Shown here: one piece after another, positions 23,957-37,036 of the stretch
How positions within the stretch are numbered: the first letter of the stretch is position 1
How the letters are laid out: the number at the start of each line of letters is the position of its first letter
Assembly: GCA_023920165.1 (NCBI GenBank)
Contig: CP089277.1
Coordinates: 2,418,001 to 2,482,000, forward strand
Direction of reading: 5' to 3'
Origin: Curvularia clavata
Lineage: Eukaryota
Length of the DNA stretch: 64,000 nt
Program-made: the position numbers and the translations under genes
The notes under the pieces: generated by a model
Database searches by the model: none
What the model saw: only the letters and a program-made list of their open reading frames with translations
Told to the model about the DNA's origin: nothing

Positions 23957-25190
23957 TAAGAAAAGGAGGTTTATGTCAGCAAACGTCATCGACGTCGGTC
24001 TCAGCTAGGCAATACAACTTATGGCAGCAAACAGACAGCTGAACGGGGAGATTGCATAGAGAAGAAGGACAGCAAGACTGTGGAACATTCGAAAGCTTGC
24101 GACGCGGACCCCGTAGGGTTGAGAGTCACCAAATACCCGCTCGTCGGTCAGCTAGGCAAGGACGTGTAGTGCAAACACCCGCTTCGCCCAAGTAGTTCCA
24201 TCCCAACATGCCGAAAATAGAAACATCATCAGCGAAGGAATGGCCAACGATAACAGAGAGCATACCGCTAAAGGCGTGGCACTAGTTCCGAAATCTCGGT
24301 CGTGAAGCTAACGATCCATCGTCTACATAAGCAACGGCTATAAGCTGATACATGTAATACACCCTTATTGTGCTGACAGAAGCAGGAAGGGATGCTCTTG
24401 TAGGCTGTACGGCGAATGAAAATTAGGGTGAAACCTATTCGTCGTAAAGATATGCGTAGCGTCAGCCGAGTCAGACATTTAAGCAACACACCGATGTGTT
24501 GTCAAACACATCATCTGCCCAACATAGTCAGGAATGCCAGAGCGATATCTTATTCCCGAGATGGAATGCACGGGAATTTGAACGCCTAGCCTGATGAGGG
24601 TAAGACGGTCTTATCTACGAGGTAACAGGTCCTAGTAAACGCGGACCGCCCGAGTCATCTTACTACAATATCTGACGTAAGACAGTCTCCCGGACTAGCG
24701 TTAGTAAATACAAAGTCTACAGTATTGCATGCGTTTAGAAACGGTTAACTGGGGTAGCAGGGTACGTTCACATGGCTCGGTCCTACATCTGCCTTTGCAC
24801 AGATAGTTCGGCATCAGCGTGTAGCTAGTGGAGTCCGGTTTAGGAAACTGGAGCACGAATTTGGTAATTTGGAATTGATTCAAATCGATGTGAATTGCTC
24901 TATGAGGACGGCTTTGTCATGCGAGTTCATTACTCAAAGATCCTTTGAAAACGTCCGTAACTTTGGAACACCAACAAGATTGCATGCCATGAAGCCAGAA
25001 TCGAAGATCTGTATTACTCTAGAGATGACGTCTGGAGCAAATTGGTTGGTGATTATGGATATGCCTGATCGATTGATTTCTACTCTAGACGTTCTACAGG
25101 GATCTTGAATTCTTGCGTTATCTTGGCCATGTTATCAACGACTGGGAAAGGCGACTCAAAGTTAGTATGGATTTGGTGTGCGGATTGGTG

Positions 25191-26054
25191 TTACTTGCGG
25201 TCATTGACATCAACAGTTTGTGACTTCTTTGCTTTCGAACCACCGGAGCCAGAGTCAGGTTGATCGGAGCCTTCTACTTTGGGTGGTTTGGTGTCTATCT
25301 GGATCGTGACCTACAAGAAATGATTAATGTTTGAAGACAGCGAGTATGGCACACTCAGGGAAATGTAATGCTGAAGTTGTACCTCGCCATCCAGGCAGGT
25401 GTAATCTAAACCTACCGGACCGTCATTGACTAGAGCAACGTCCATCATGGCAGCGAACAGGCCATCCTTGACCTTTTCAGTTCCGTGTAATGCCCTGACC
25501 TTGTTGAAGAAAGCTTGATACAGCATCCGGGCATTATCACCATTTGCGGACTGGTGAAAGCTTGGTTTGTTTCCTTTTTCCATCGAAGCTAGCAGGGTAA
25601 ACTGGGAGACTGGCATGCGTTAGCCCTTGTCGATCCGAGGCACAAGCAACTTCCATGGACAGGTCGAAACAGCCTGGTGCGTCGCAGCTTGGGCAATGGG
25701 CTACATACCACATAGCACCTCACCCTGGATATCAGCAACGTTGCATTTCCACTTGAGGGGTCAGAACTATGAGCAAAGGCGAGTACATAGGAATTGGGTC
25801 ATACACGGCCTGGCGGATCCTTGGACTCATCGTCCCAAAGCTTGGCCTTGAGTATTTTGGCCGCCATGGCCTCGACATCTTTCTCAGTGTCGTCTTTGGA
25901 GACGGCTGCTAGGACCAACAGACCCTTGCCAATTGATGAGATGAGCTGACCATCTACAGTCACTGACGCAGACTTGACTCTCTGTAGCACGGCTGTGACA
26001 TTGTTAGTGTGAGTGTGGTGATGGTTGCACGCGGATCAGGCTTGTACTCCTCAT
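25191..26054 (-). CDS. DTD1: D-aminoacyl-tRNA deacylase, 5 exons
   Basis: MRTVLQRVKSASV, WKCNVADIQGEVLCVSQFTL, KGNKPSFH, G-F-AMM, NDGP, then last exon VTIQIDTKPPK...K*. Confidence 0.93.
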
Positions 26055-26510
26055 GATGGCGGGGTAGCGAGAGTTTCGTGGGTGGTACCTAAATGTCTTC
26101 ACACTCGCTCAGTCACTCAAGCAGCTCGAACCTCTCCTAAAAATATCGAGCTATCCAGCGCAACTACGTCAGGCATGGAAATTGGTGTATCCGACAGAAG
26201 GTGAGACGAGGCCGAAGAGCGTGCAACGCGAACGTGAAACGGCCTGACGCGCGTGGGGGTGCTGAGAGCTAGCAGCCGCAATCTTGGCACTGGACGACGC
26301 TAGGCCAGCCCTAGGGATTCGCGTTACCCATGCGATGCCTCAACCTCTCCGCATCCAGCCTACGACAAACACTCCTCCAACGTTCTTCGCACGCCCGTCC
26401 GCCCTTACGCACGCCCACTGCCTAGCTCCCGCTGACACCCCCCCAGCGACCCTCCCCGACATCACCACAAACCCCCGCCCCCGCCCGGACGGCGAGGCTG
26501 TACATAGACC

Positions 26511-28509
26511 ATGGCTGCACGGAAACTCCAGCAAGAGATTGACAAATGCTTCAAGAAGGTCGCAGAAGGCGTCGCAACCTTCGAGAGCATATACGAGAAG
26601 ATCATGCAGACGGGCAATCCGTCCCAGAAGGAGAAGCTCGAAGACCAGCTCAAGAAGGAGATAAAGAAGCTGCAACGGTCTCGAGATCAGATCAAGACAT
26701 GGGCCGCCATGTCCGAAATCAAGGACAAGAAGCCGCTACTCGACCATAGGAAACTCATCGAGACGGTAGGGTCATGGCCGTGTCATTGGTCGATGCAGTA
26801 GCTGACATGTGACAGCAAATGGAGCGATTCAAGGCCGTGGAAAAGGAGATGAAGACCAAGGCATTTTCGAAAGAAGGTCTCCAACTGGCATCCAAAATTG
26901 ACCCCAAGGACAGGGAAAAGATGGAAATGGTCGAATTCCTACAGCACATGAACGAAGAGCTGGAGCGACAAATAGAGACAATTGAGGCCGAGATCGAGAC
27001 ATTGAACGCCAATGTAAAGAAGTCAAAGAAAGGCGACAACGCAAAAGTGGAACGCGTATCGGAGCTGGAAGAGACAGTGGAAAGGAACAAATGGCATCAG
27101 TCGAAGTTGGATCTGCTCCAACGGGCGCTAGAGAACGGTAGCGTTGAGACGAAACAAGTGAAAGAGATTGAGGACAGTATCAAGTACTATGTCGAGAGCA
27201 ACCAAGACCCCGAGTTCATGGACGACGACACATTGTACGACGACTTCAACTTACAAGAAGAGGAGGCCATTTACGGTCTGGGCGAGAACCTGGATCATGT
27301 CTCGTCACACGAATCGCAGTCGATAGCAGACGACACACCCGACGTAGACGCACGGCCGCCAGCACCCAAGCCAAAGGCAACTGAAGCAGTACAACAAGGA
27401 GCGAGACGATCGTCGATGCAGATGAAGTCACCATTGCCAGCTTTAGCGACATTACATACACCTACACCCAATGCTGCAAATAACACAGCAAACGCTATGA
27501 AGCCTGCGCCGATACCAACACGAACGCCGGGGGAGCCGTTGAAGTATGCTTCGGCTGCGGCTGCTGCAGCCGCAAGTGATAAAAATGGAGTGGGGATTGC
27601 TCCACTGCCACCACCACCAGGAGCAGCTACGGCTCAATCAAGTCTCGCTGCTGGCGGCGCTCGCGCAAGTGCAACAAGCTCACCTGCGATAACACATTCC
27701 CAACCAGTCCTGCGTACACAGCAATCTGGGTCCGCACAGGCGTCGCCTGCTCCTGCTGCCAGCGTACCAGCGACCGCTCCCGTGGAGAAAGACACACCTT
27801 CGCAAGCTGCACCGTCTGACGATACCTCCAAGGCTAGCAGAAGGACACCTGTTCCAGATCCTGTTGAAGAGGAGGAATCCCAGGCTGCCACACCGCCGCT
27901 GACAAACGGCGAATCGCATGCAGAAGATGAAGAAGAACAGGAATCGGTCTACCATCTCCCCTCAAGCCTACAGGATCTGCTTGACTCTTTTGAGGCAACC
28001 AAGAACGACATATCTGCCTCGGCATCGAAACCCCCAGATGAGCGTATGCTAATGGCATCAATGGCTACTGCACCCGAGTCTGCAGATACCGAGGCGCCAC
28101 GCCACTACCGCCCCCAGAACCCTTACCCGTTCACCCCCGCTCACTACCCGCAAGAGCCCTTGCCTATTTTCGACGACCCTCGCCTGTATTCCCGTATTGA
28201 GACGGACGCCCTCTTTTATGCTTTTTATTACCGTCAAGGTACATATCAGCAGTACTTGGCTGCTAAGGCGTTGAAATCACAGAGCTGGAGATTCCACAAG
28301 CAATACCAAACATGGTTCCAACGACACGAAGAACCAAAAGCGATTACCGAAGACTACGAGCAGGGAACGTACCGATTTTTCGACTATGAAAGCACATGGT
28401 AAGCATTGATCTCCGCTGCAGTTTACTAATACCTAACCTTGTCTCTAGGATGAACCGTAGAAAGGCGGACTTCCGATTTGCGTACAAGTTCTTGGAAGAC
28501 GAGCTATGA
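26511..28509 (+). CDS. NOT3: CCR4-NOT complex subunit Not3/Not5 (introns 26766-26815 and about 28399-28448)
   Basis: N-terminus [20 protein letters not shown]...[19 protein letters not shown]-terminal NOT box ALFYAFYY...[11 protein letters not shown]...[27 protein letters not shown]. Confidence 0.95.
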
Positions 28510-30566
28510 GCAGTCGATTACTTTGTTCTTGCTGAATCCCGCAGTCAGTATGGTAGTTGCGTTCTGTATCAAGTATTAGGTAGTCTTGGAATGGGTCCCT
28601 TCATGGGCAAATGTCTTTTGCTCTTCGGAATTGGCAGCGCTCCGCCCGGCAGCTTCGCTCTGAATTAAACCATACAGCAGGCATACAGACCATTCGTGAG
28701 CAGATCAATTTACGGTGAGACACTTGTGCATGGATAAACGGCACGAATTGAGACAACGCTGCCGCGAGAATTCCTTCTGCCGCTCTGGTTGAGTAGTATA
28801 AGGATGAATTGGTGCTAGTGCCGGGCGTAATCTGACATGTAGCCAAGGCCGCGGCTACACAGGCATCCGCCCCCATTGCGTGAGAGCTGCAGGGTTATAA
28901 CAATAGCTGAACTGTCTCCAATGGCCTAGTTAGCGAAAGAAGCCTTCTTTAGTGTTCCAAGCTTCGACTTGGCCCCATCACATCTGGTGGCTCGAGTATG
29001 CTGCTCAGTCGTGTGGTTGTAGCATCAACCCCCAACAAGCTCAGCAAAGAGTCGATAAGCTATAAGCTATTCGAGCAAACTAACAATATAGCCAGAAAGG
29101 CAAAGATGTGAGTTGAGTGTTTCATAACGGCTGACCCACTGCAAAGTGGATAGCCAAAACAAGTACTCCTAACGTGCGGTTAGATGGCCAAATGCGGATG
29201 GCGTTGGTCGCCTTGACATGAGCATTCGAACCGGCTCGACGGACGGATCAGTCATAGTCCAGATGCAAACTCGGCGGCTGTCTCGATTGTGCAAAAGGCC
29301 AAGAAAACGGACTTTTGCCCGCCCAAACTTGTCGTCGATCTTAAGGCCGCGAACCAGGCCTTGCAGCTCGGCAAGGACCAGGCCCTACATTCTAGGGATA
29401 GAATAGGTAAAAAAGAAGTATGCATGCATTGAAAGGCACACAGTAGTGTATCATTCTCCCCCTATTCCTGCCGACCGGTCATTCCGGTCTATTGATGATA
29501 CCGAAATCAAGGAATTAGAACGTAAGCAGGGTGTCTCTTTGACTGTATTGGCTCTCGTGTGACCAATCCGCGCTGGCAGTCAATTAAGATACTACGAGTT
29601 CAAGAAGAAATTACCCCTAGTGATCATGCAAGGCATACAATGACAAGCGCGCTGAACGGTAAACGTTCTTCACGGCTGCCACTCCACGACTAAATACAGC
29701 AGCCGTGCTGCTCGTAGCGAACATTTCACCGATACCCTATTTTCATCATAAAAGAACAGAATTAGCTATTTCGACTCACATGTTCTCGAGCATACGCGAC
29801 CCACCACCTTTTGCACAGACACTACACGCGGTCAGCCCTATACCAAGATACGTAGCTGATACCGCATTGTTGGATTTTTAGCTTCGCCTCGGTATCCCAC
29901 AAGTCCCACCTCAGCAATTTCAGCCTCTATCCTCACAATATCGGCTTTCGGCGTAGCCTTGACGAGGCAAAGCGAGGGTGTTGGTAAGAAATCTTACTAA
30001 AGAGGCGACATCGCCTCCTCAAGCCCTGTCACTACCAACTGAATCCTGCATCCGGGTCCAAAATCTTGATCTGATCTTGTTGCTTCTACTTTTATCTCGA
30101 TCATCAACGATGTTCGCACGTCACGCATCGTGTGGTGATGCTATCGGACTTTGGGAAAGCCCGTTGGCTCCGAGCTACCTGTAAGTGCGTGCGTATCTTA
30201 CAGCTGCAGGCTGTAAGCCTCGTTGTGGCAGTGAACAGCAGCTGTTTAAGAAACGAGGTCGCTTGATGCTACGTATATAAAGTATCCAGATTTTTTTCTC
30301 CCGAAAATGGGACGAATTTACATCGAGATTCTCGAAGTATCTGACATTCTGGACACAGGTCTGTTGGACAACCTCCACTTTTGCCTCGCAAACTTTCAGG
30401 CCCAACAAGAAGAACCCACCAAACTGGAAGACTCCACATCAGCACTTCGCCCACAGCAACCGCATACCGCCCCTATACTCTTAATTCTGCCTCTATTCCC
30501 ACTAGCACACATACCAAGAAGATCAAAGCAGTACGCCCGAAGCAGGAACCACCGCCTTCGCCCGCT

Positions 30567-31420
30567 ATGTCCGGATACAGCGTAAGCTCTATACGTTTCT
30601 TTCTGCAAATCTCAATTTTCTGTATCCTGAGAGACCACTGCGTCTATATCTAAAAGTTCCGTGCATTTTTAACTGACAAGTTCTATAGTACTCGTCCTCG
30701 GACCAAGGCAATTATTCGTACCCACCACAGTACCAGCCAGGAGTACCTCAATACACACAACAGCAGATTAGCGCGTACTTTGCGCAGTACCAATGTTATC
30801 CACCAGAGCCATGGCAGATGGTTCAAGACTACTATGTCGAACAGCCAATGAGCATGACACCTGCTCCTTACCAAGAACCCATGATAGGATATGAAGATAC
30901 AGAATGGCAAGTACAAACTACACAACCCAGTTCATCATCGACGACTCCAAGTCATAAAAGGTGTGTGTGCATCAAGACCATGTCACAATTAAATAATCAG
31001 AATTATGATAAACCTAACATATAAATTTCATCTAGAAGTAAAAGTAGCTCTACCACTAGATCAAGGTAAAATCTCCCCAACCTACCCTTACCTCTCCTCT
31101 AACAATCATCCCCTTGACACAGAACATGGACCTGCGACATCCCCACCTGCACCTCCTCAGCACACTTCACACGCCTAGCCGACCTTCAGCGCCACCAATC
31201 GACTGTCCACGGCGTTGGTACACCCGAGTTCCCCTGCTACGTTGCGCGCTGCAACCGAGTAGGAGAAAAAGGCTTCACACGAAGAGACCATTTAGTCGAG
31301 CACCTACGCAACTTCCACCACATTGATATCCCAAGGCGGAAGCCCGGAGAGCGCTCGGCTTTTCCATTCGGGTGGCCTGAAGGCGGCGGCGGTAATAGTG
31401 GAGGAGGAGCGGCACAATAG
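30567..31420 (+). CDS. C2H2 zinc-finger protein, 204 aa; exons 30567-30581, 30689-30960, 31036-31065, 31123-31420
   Basis: Reconstructed by eye; exon lengths sum to 615 nt in frame. Two fingers: WTCDIPTCTSSAHFTRLADLQRHQSTVH and FPCYVARCNRVGEKGFTRRDHLVEHLRNFH. Y/Q/P-rich N-terminus. All introns have CTRAC branch sites. Confidence 0.85.
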
Positions 31421-33603
31421 TGTAGGCGCGTTACCCGGCATTACTATCCTGGCTAACTAACATCTACCGTTTGCTCCATCTTGCATATCTCGGGGCAAAG
31501 GGAAAGATCTGGAAAATGGGCCCAAGCCCCGGATTTGTTTTTTTGTGTCTCGCTAAAAAAGAGCAAGGGTGTGCGCGGCAGGGACAAGAAAGGTGCGGTG
31601 TGTATGTGCGCGCAGTCGCTGTATTGAGGAGCCGGCACCGAGTAGGATACCATCAGCATAATGTTCCTCTTGGCCAGCATTATTACCGGATACCGCTGAG
31701 CAAGCGAATGTTTGCTCAGCAGACAGAGACATGTTCTTGGCGGAAAGGAGTTTGTCCTAACGCCGGTCGTGTCCCCGGACAAATATGCCTCAGCGGTTGC
31801 ACGCTGTGGTTTTGTTGGCTCGCTTGCAAATGTCACTTTTCTTCTTGTATCGTATGGCGATTCTTCCGTCTCATTTGTCATGTTTGATTGATTGTTTTTT
31901 CATTTGTGCATACGCTGCATTGCGGGGGTTGTTGTGGGATCGGGGCTGAGTGGCTGGCGGGGGGTCATGAACATGTCACAATGTATTCCTTTTTCAGTAG
32001 ACTAGATTTGCCTAGATACTCGTACAGTGTTTATGACACGAATGGCTCCATGTAGAATGGGCGCGCGACCAGGACCGTTTGTCCGAGGTGGACCCGCTTC
32101 CAAGCACATTCTTCTCATATCGGACGCCTGAGATGGTGGGCCTTGCATGTCAGATATCATGAATCAACGCCAGTAGGACTAGTCGATAAGCGCGGTCCGG
32201 AACGCGATGTGGGCTATTTTCATGATAGGCACGCTCGCATAGACGGCGTCCCCGTTACTCTCTTCCCATGTTTCTGATGACGCTGACGCTTGCCTACAGC
32301 CCCCTTCGATCTTATGCGGCACAGGGCCAATGTGGCGTGAAATATCTCCTCTTCGCTAAGACTGCTGCATAATACTGCGTCGCTGCTTGACAAGGATGTT
32401 GGCCACCCGTATCTCGACCCAGATCCTGCGGCTGAGAGGAAGATACCAGGCAAGACCAGTCTGGCCCAGCAGCTAACGACAGTCTCCACAATCCCATGGG
32501 AATCAGCAATCCTCTAGAATGTGAGCTTTGAGCCTATCCTATATTGGCATACGATGGATAGTCGCAAAATCTGCCGCATGAGGTAAAGAACCGAGGCTGG
32601 GTCCAGGGTACGACAGGAGTACAAATGCCAGCCCAATTCCTGGTGAAAAGTGTCGTGTAGAAATGATTACGTCTTGTCTACGGCTGGTCGGACAAGGAGA
32701 CCATATGGCTCGACGCATAGGCTCATCAGCGTCTGGGGCTACTTGGAGGTCCCTCCGTGGAGGCGTGATCGACACTGGGCTGAGCATACAGTATATTAGG
32801 GTTTGTCTAGGCCATATGATAGTGATGCAGTGCTATAGGTGCCAGCTCAGTGTGTATGCGGTTGCGGCGCATAGTTCCCGATTAGAATATGACGTGAGCA
32901 TACTTTCTCAGAGAGTGCTGACAAAGTGCGTTCTCGAAGTTTACTGTAGACTTGATGGGCGTTATGCCGGGCCAGCCGGGCCAAATGGTAAACCAAGGGA
33001 TAGAGCAAAGGTGGCCAATCAGCATGATGGCCATTTAGCTTACACTAAGAAGTCGCTAGATAAACCGTGTCAGGTTAGTGTTAGAGTGATGACGATTAGT
33101 ATCGAGAAGAATAATTTGGAGGAGACGGACGGTGTTTTCTGTGACTGCAAAGATGGTGGTCTGGCAAAGTTGGTCAGGTGACGTATAGGCAGCCGGATTT
33201 GCACGTGAAGGTCAAATGGACATGACGTATGTGCCAGTTAGCGCCGTAGGTCCGGCCGTGTGCCCAGTCGGGAGAAGTCGTTTGGAAGCAGCGACTGACA
33301 CCAGCAGGCTGTCTTGTGAACAACCACGTCTGCCTGCCTTCTACCTGCTTTTCGCCCTACACCTCGTTGCCTACTCTGAGTCATACTCATGTCTTTCAAT
33401 CCTCACTCATATACGTCCACGACTAAGTTCAGAGACTCCTTGCCCTTACAATAACTGCCTCTTCGGTCTGGCTTCCCCGCAATCCGCCACTGGATACGGA
33501 CCATTTAGAAAAAAACCCAACTCGCAACGACCATAGCGCACAGCGAGATATTCACCAAAGCTCTACCCAGACCGCCAGATAGTCTAGGAGACCACATTTC
33601 AAA

Positions 33604-35108
33604 ATGCGCGACCTTCGCAAACAGGCTCTTGAAAGCCACAAGACCATCTCGCGCAAGGCCCGTTCGCGCGTCGCGTCGACAACGGCCTCGAAGTCAAACT
33701 CAGCAGTCGCATCGCCAGCACACTCGCGTGCTGCCAGCCGCACTCGCCACGAGACTGAAGACGAAGATGATTTGAGTGACGGAACTGCGTGGAGGTGCGC
33801 ACAAAAATTTCCTTGGTTGTCTTTCCATGTTCATGATATCGTCTATGGCGACTGGTGACATCATCGCCCCTACACAACACGACCAGAAGTACTGACATAC
33901 CATCCAAACAGCATTGCCTCCATCGACGATATACTTAACGGCGAAGATGTCAACCTACCCGAAGATGCGTGGAAGGCGGAACTTAACACCCGCATCGAGC
34001 AAATTACCAACCTAAAGCGCAGCAGCACCGAGGGGCGCACCGAAAGCCTGAACGCCTACGCACATATCCTCATGGCTCGATATGCGAGAGATGAAATCGA
34101 GGACCGTACGCATGAGCTGGTGTCTTCCATGCTTAGGAGCATCAGGCAAGAGACTACAGAAAACGAGGCTGTAAAGGCCTTGAGAGGTATGCATACTCCT
34201 CAGAACCGAAGATGTCTTGCTCATGATCACTAGCGCTCGCAGTTACTGCGGTCACGCTCGATTCCGACTCGATTTATGACGATGTCGCCGACCAGCTAAA
34301 GCGATCCATACAGTCGTCATCTTCGATCGCCGTCAAGGTTAACGCCATCCATACGCTAGGCACGACCGCGTTCTTTGCGGGTGCAGGCGACGACGAGATA
34401 TTGGACATTATGAACCTCTTTCTCGAGATTGTTGAGTCAGATGGTGCCTCTATCGATGCGCAGGATGAAGCCGAAGTTGTGATTGCTGCGCTAGAGGAAT
34501 GGGGCCTGTTGGCAACTGAGATTGAGGATCTGGAAGACGAGACTGAGGCTGCCATGGATGCATTCGTAGAGCAACTCGAAAGCGCAGACTCGGGTGTGCA
34601 AATCGCAGCTGGCGAGAATATTGCGCTGTTGTACGAAAAGTCACTTACTCCACAGGAGGAGGACGAAGAGATTGAAGAAGTAGATCGTGATGATCCTGAG
34701 TATGTGCGAGATGGAGAAAGATTGGTGAAGCGCTACACTGTGTATCGAAGACAGGACCAGCTTCTGCACACCCTGGATGAGCTCGCCAATGTGTCGACAC
34801 GCCGAATATCCAAGAAGGATCGCAAAGCCTTGCACTCTTCGTTTGCAGACATCCGCAACTCTGTCGAGAAGCCCAGCCGTGGCCCCGCATACTCTATGGC
34901 GCTGCATGAAGAGACTGGCAGGGCATACGGATCTGGTAGGATGAAGGTGAAGATCAATCGGAACGTTGAAGTTAGAATCGACAAGTGGTGGAAGTTACAG
35001 AGGCTCAACGCGCTGAGAAGGACGCTGCAGGGCGGTTTTACGTATCATTATGATCAGAATCAGCTGGTCTCAACAGCCATACCATTCTCTATGTCCAGTA
35101 GACGTTAG
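33604..35108 (+). CDS. Interferon-related developmental regulator (IFRD) domain protein, 3 exons
   Basis: MRDLRKQALES start typical of fungal IFRD proteins, armadillo-like helices, VQIAAGENIALLYE and SKKDRK...F motifs. Introns about 33795-33910 and about 34187-34233. Confidence 0.85.
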
Positions 35109-35573
35109 ATTACACGACCGGGTGTGGCTGAGCTGGATATGGATATTCAATAAAAGGCGATTGTTACTACCTGCATGATTCCGGCCCGCATGGACTGAAG
35201 ACTACGTTTGACCAATCAATGGTCAAGAGACTGTTTTCCTAGCCGTTTAGACTGCTCTGATTGGCAATTCAATTTTGTGCAACAAAAAAGAAAATTATAG
35301 TCGTGTTACGGTGGTGTCATCGCCGGCTTTGCAGACAGATCCGGTTGATGTTTGCCCCGCGTTGCCCCTCATCACAAGCATCAAGTCGATGTTTACAAGA
35401 CCCATGCAAACTCTAAACCAGCCGTTACCAAGGCTGGCTCTCCATGACGATCCGTGCGGTATTGCTCCGTTACATGCAATCGAAAAATACACGCGATCGC
35501 GCCTTTTGCGAGTCGTATCGGTGTCAGGAAAGCGGGCTTGGCGCGGCATGAAGCTGTAGGCTGTAGCTTCGTA

Positions 35574-35586
35574 GAAAGTTCTGGAC
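35574..35586 (+). promoter_or_regulatory. Heat-shock element upstream of CPR6
   Basis: GAAagTTCtgGAC (three nGAAn units, the third imperfect) about 150 bp upstream of an Hsp90 co-chaperone gene. Confidence 0.55.
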
Positions 35587-35731
35587 AGCTCAGGGCCGCC
35601 TTTTCTGCAGCCTCGCAACACCATAACATATATCATACACTTTTCTCACCCACGCGACCAGTCATATTCAGCGCCTGCTACCAAGCTTCTAGCTACCTTT
35701 TTCGATACCCTACAGTTGCGATTGATCAATC

Positions 35732-37036
35732 ATGGCTGACTCTAGTAAGATCTACCCAGCTCGAACTACGAGCATGTACTGAGTACAAATGCTAACTGAG
35801 TCCAGAGCGCCCACGCGTCTTCTTTGATATTGCGATTGGCAATGTGAAGGCGGGTCGTGTTGCTTTTGAGCTTGTACGTTCTACCCTTAATCCTCTCTCA
35901 CCTTTCCCCGACATAGACTAACAAACCGATCAGTACAGCGATATCGTTCCCAAGACCGCCGAGAACTTCCGCGCACTATGTACCGGCGAGAAGGGTGAGG
36001 GTGCATCCGGAAAGCCCCTCCACTACAAGGGCTCAGGCTTCCACCGGGTTATCAAGGGTTTCATGATCCAGGGTGGTGACTTCACCCAGGGTAACGGTAC
36101 TGGCGGCGAGAGCATCTACGGCGAGAAGTTCGAGGATGAAAACTTTGAGAAGGTCCACGACAGGCCGTTCTTGCTGAGCATGGCGAATGCTGGCCCAGGT
36201 GAGTGAACTCAAACCTCGCAGCGAGTTCTTGCAACAGAATCCGCTAACAAACTGCAGGAACGAACGGCTCTCAGTTCTTCGTCACTACCGTTCCCACACC
36301 ACATCTTGACAAGAAGCACGTCGTATTCGGTGAGGTTATCAACGGCAAGAGCATCGTGCGCCAAATTGAGAACCTTCAAACTCAGAGTGGCGACAAGCCA
36401 GTAAAGGACGCTACCATCATTGACTGCGGTGAGCTCACTGGCGAGGACTACGAAAAGGCCACCGAGAAGGTCTCAGACGCCACTGGCGACCCTTACGAGG
36501 ACTTCCCCGAAGATCAGAAGGCCGCCGACGAGGAGTGGAAAGGCACCGAGATACTTGAGATTGCGACGAAGCTAAAGGATATGGGCAACGATGCATTCAA
36601 GAAAGGCGATCTTCAACTTGGCATCAAGAAGTACCAAAAAGGCATCCGCTACCTGCATGAGTATCCCGCACCACTAGACGATGACCCAAAGGACCTCTGG
36701 CCCCAGCTCAGTGCCCTCAAGATCTCGCTCTACTCCAACAGTGCCCTGCTTCAGAACAAGACACAGCAGTACAGCGAAGCAATCGACAGCGCGACAAAAG
36801 CGCTGGAAATCGAAGGCATCACAGACAAGGATAAGGCAAAGGCGTACTTTAGGCGCGCACAGGCAAAGGTTGCCAAGAAGAATGAGGACGAGGCGCTGGC
36901 TGATCTCAAGGAGGCGGCCAAGTATGCTCCTGGCGACGCTGCCATCCTAAAGGAGCAGGACGCTATCAAGAAGAAGGTCCAGGCGAGGAAGGAGAAGGAG
37001 AAGAAGGTGTACAAGAACGCGTTCAACTTTGACTAA
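35732..37036 (+). CDS. CPR6: Peptidyl-prolyl cis-trans isomerase D (cyclophilin-40, TPR co-chaperone), 4 exons
   Basis: [53 protein letters not shown] and C-terminal TPRs ([18 protein letters not shown]). First coding exon is 13 nt. Confidence 0.95.

Noticed and set aside
29218..29240. B-box-like GGTTCGAAT on the minus strand
   Set aside because: No cloverleaf, A-box or anticodon arm; not a tRNA.
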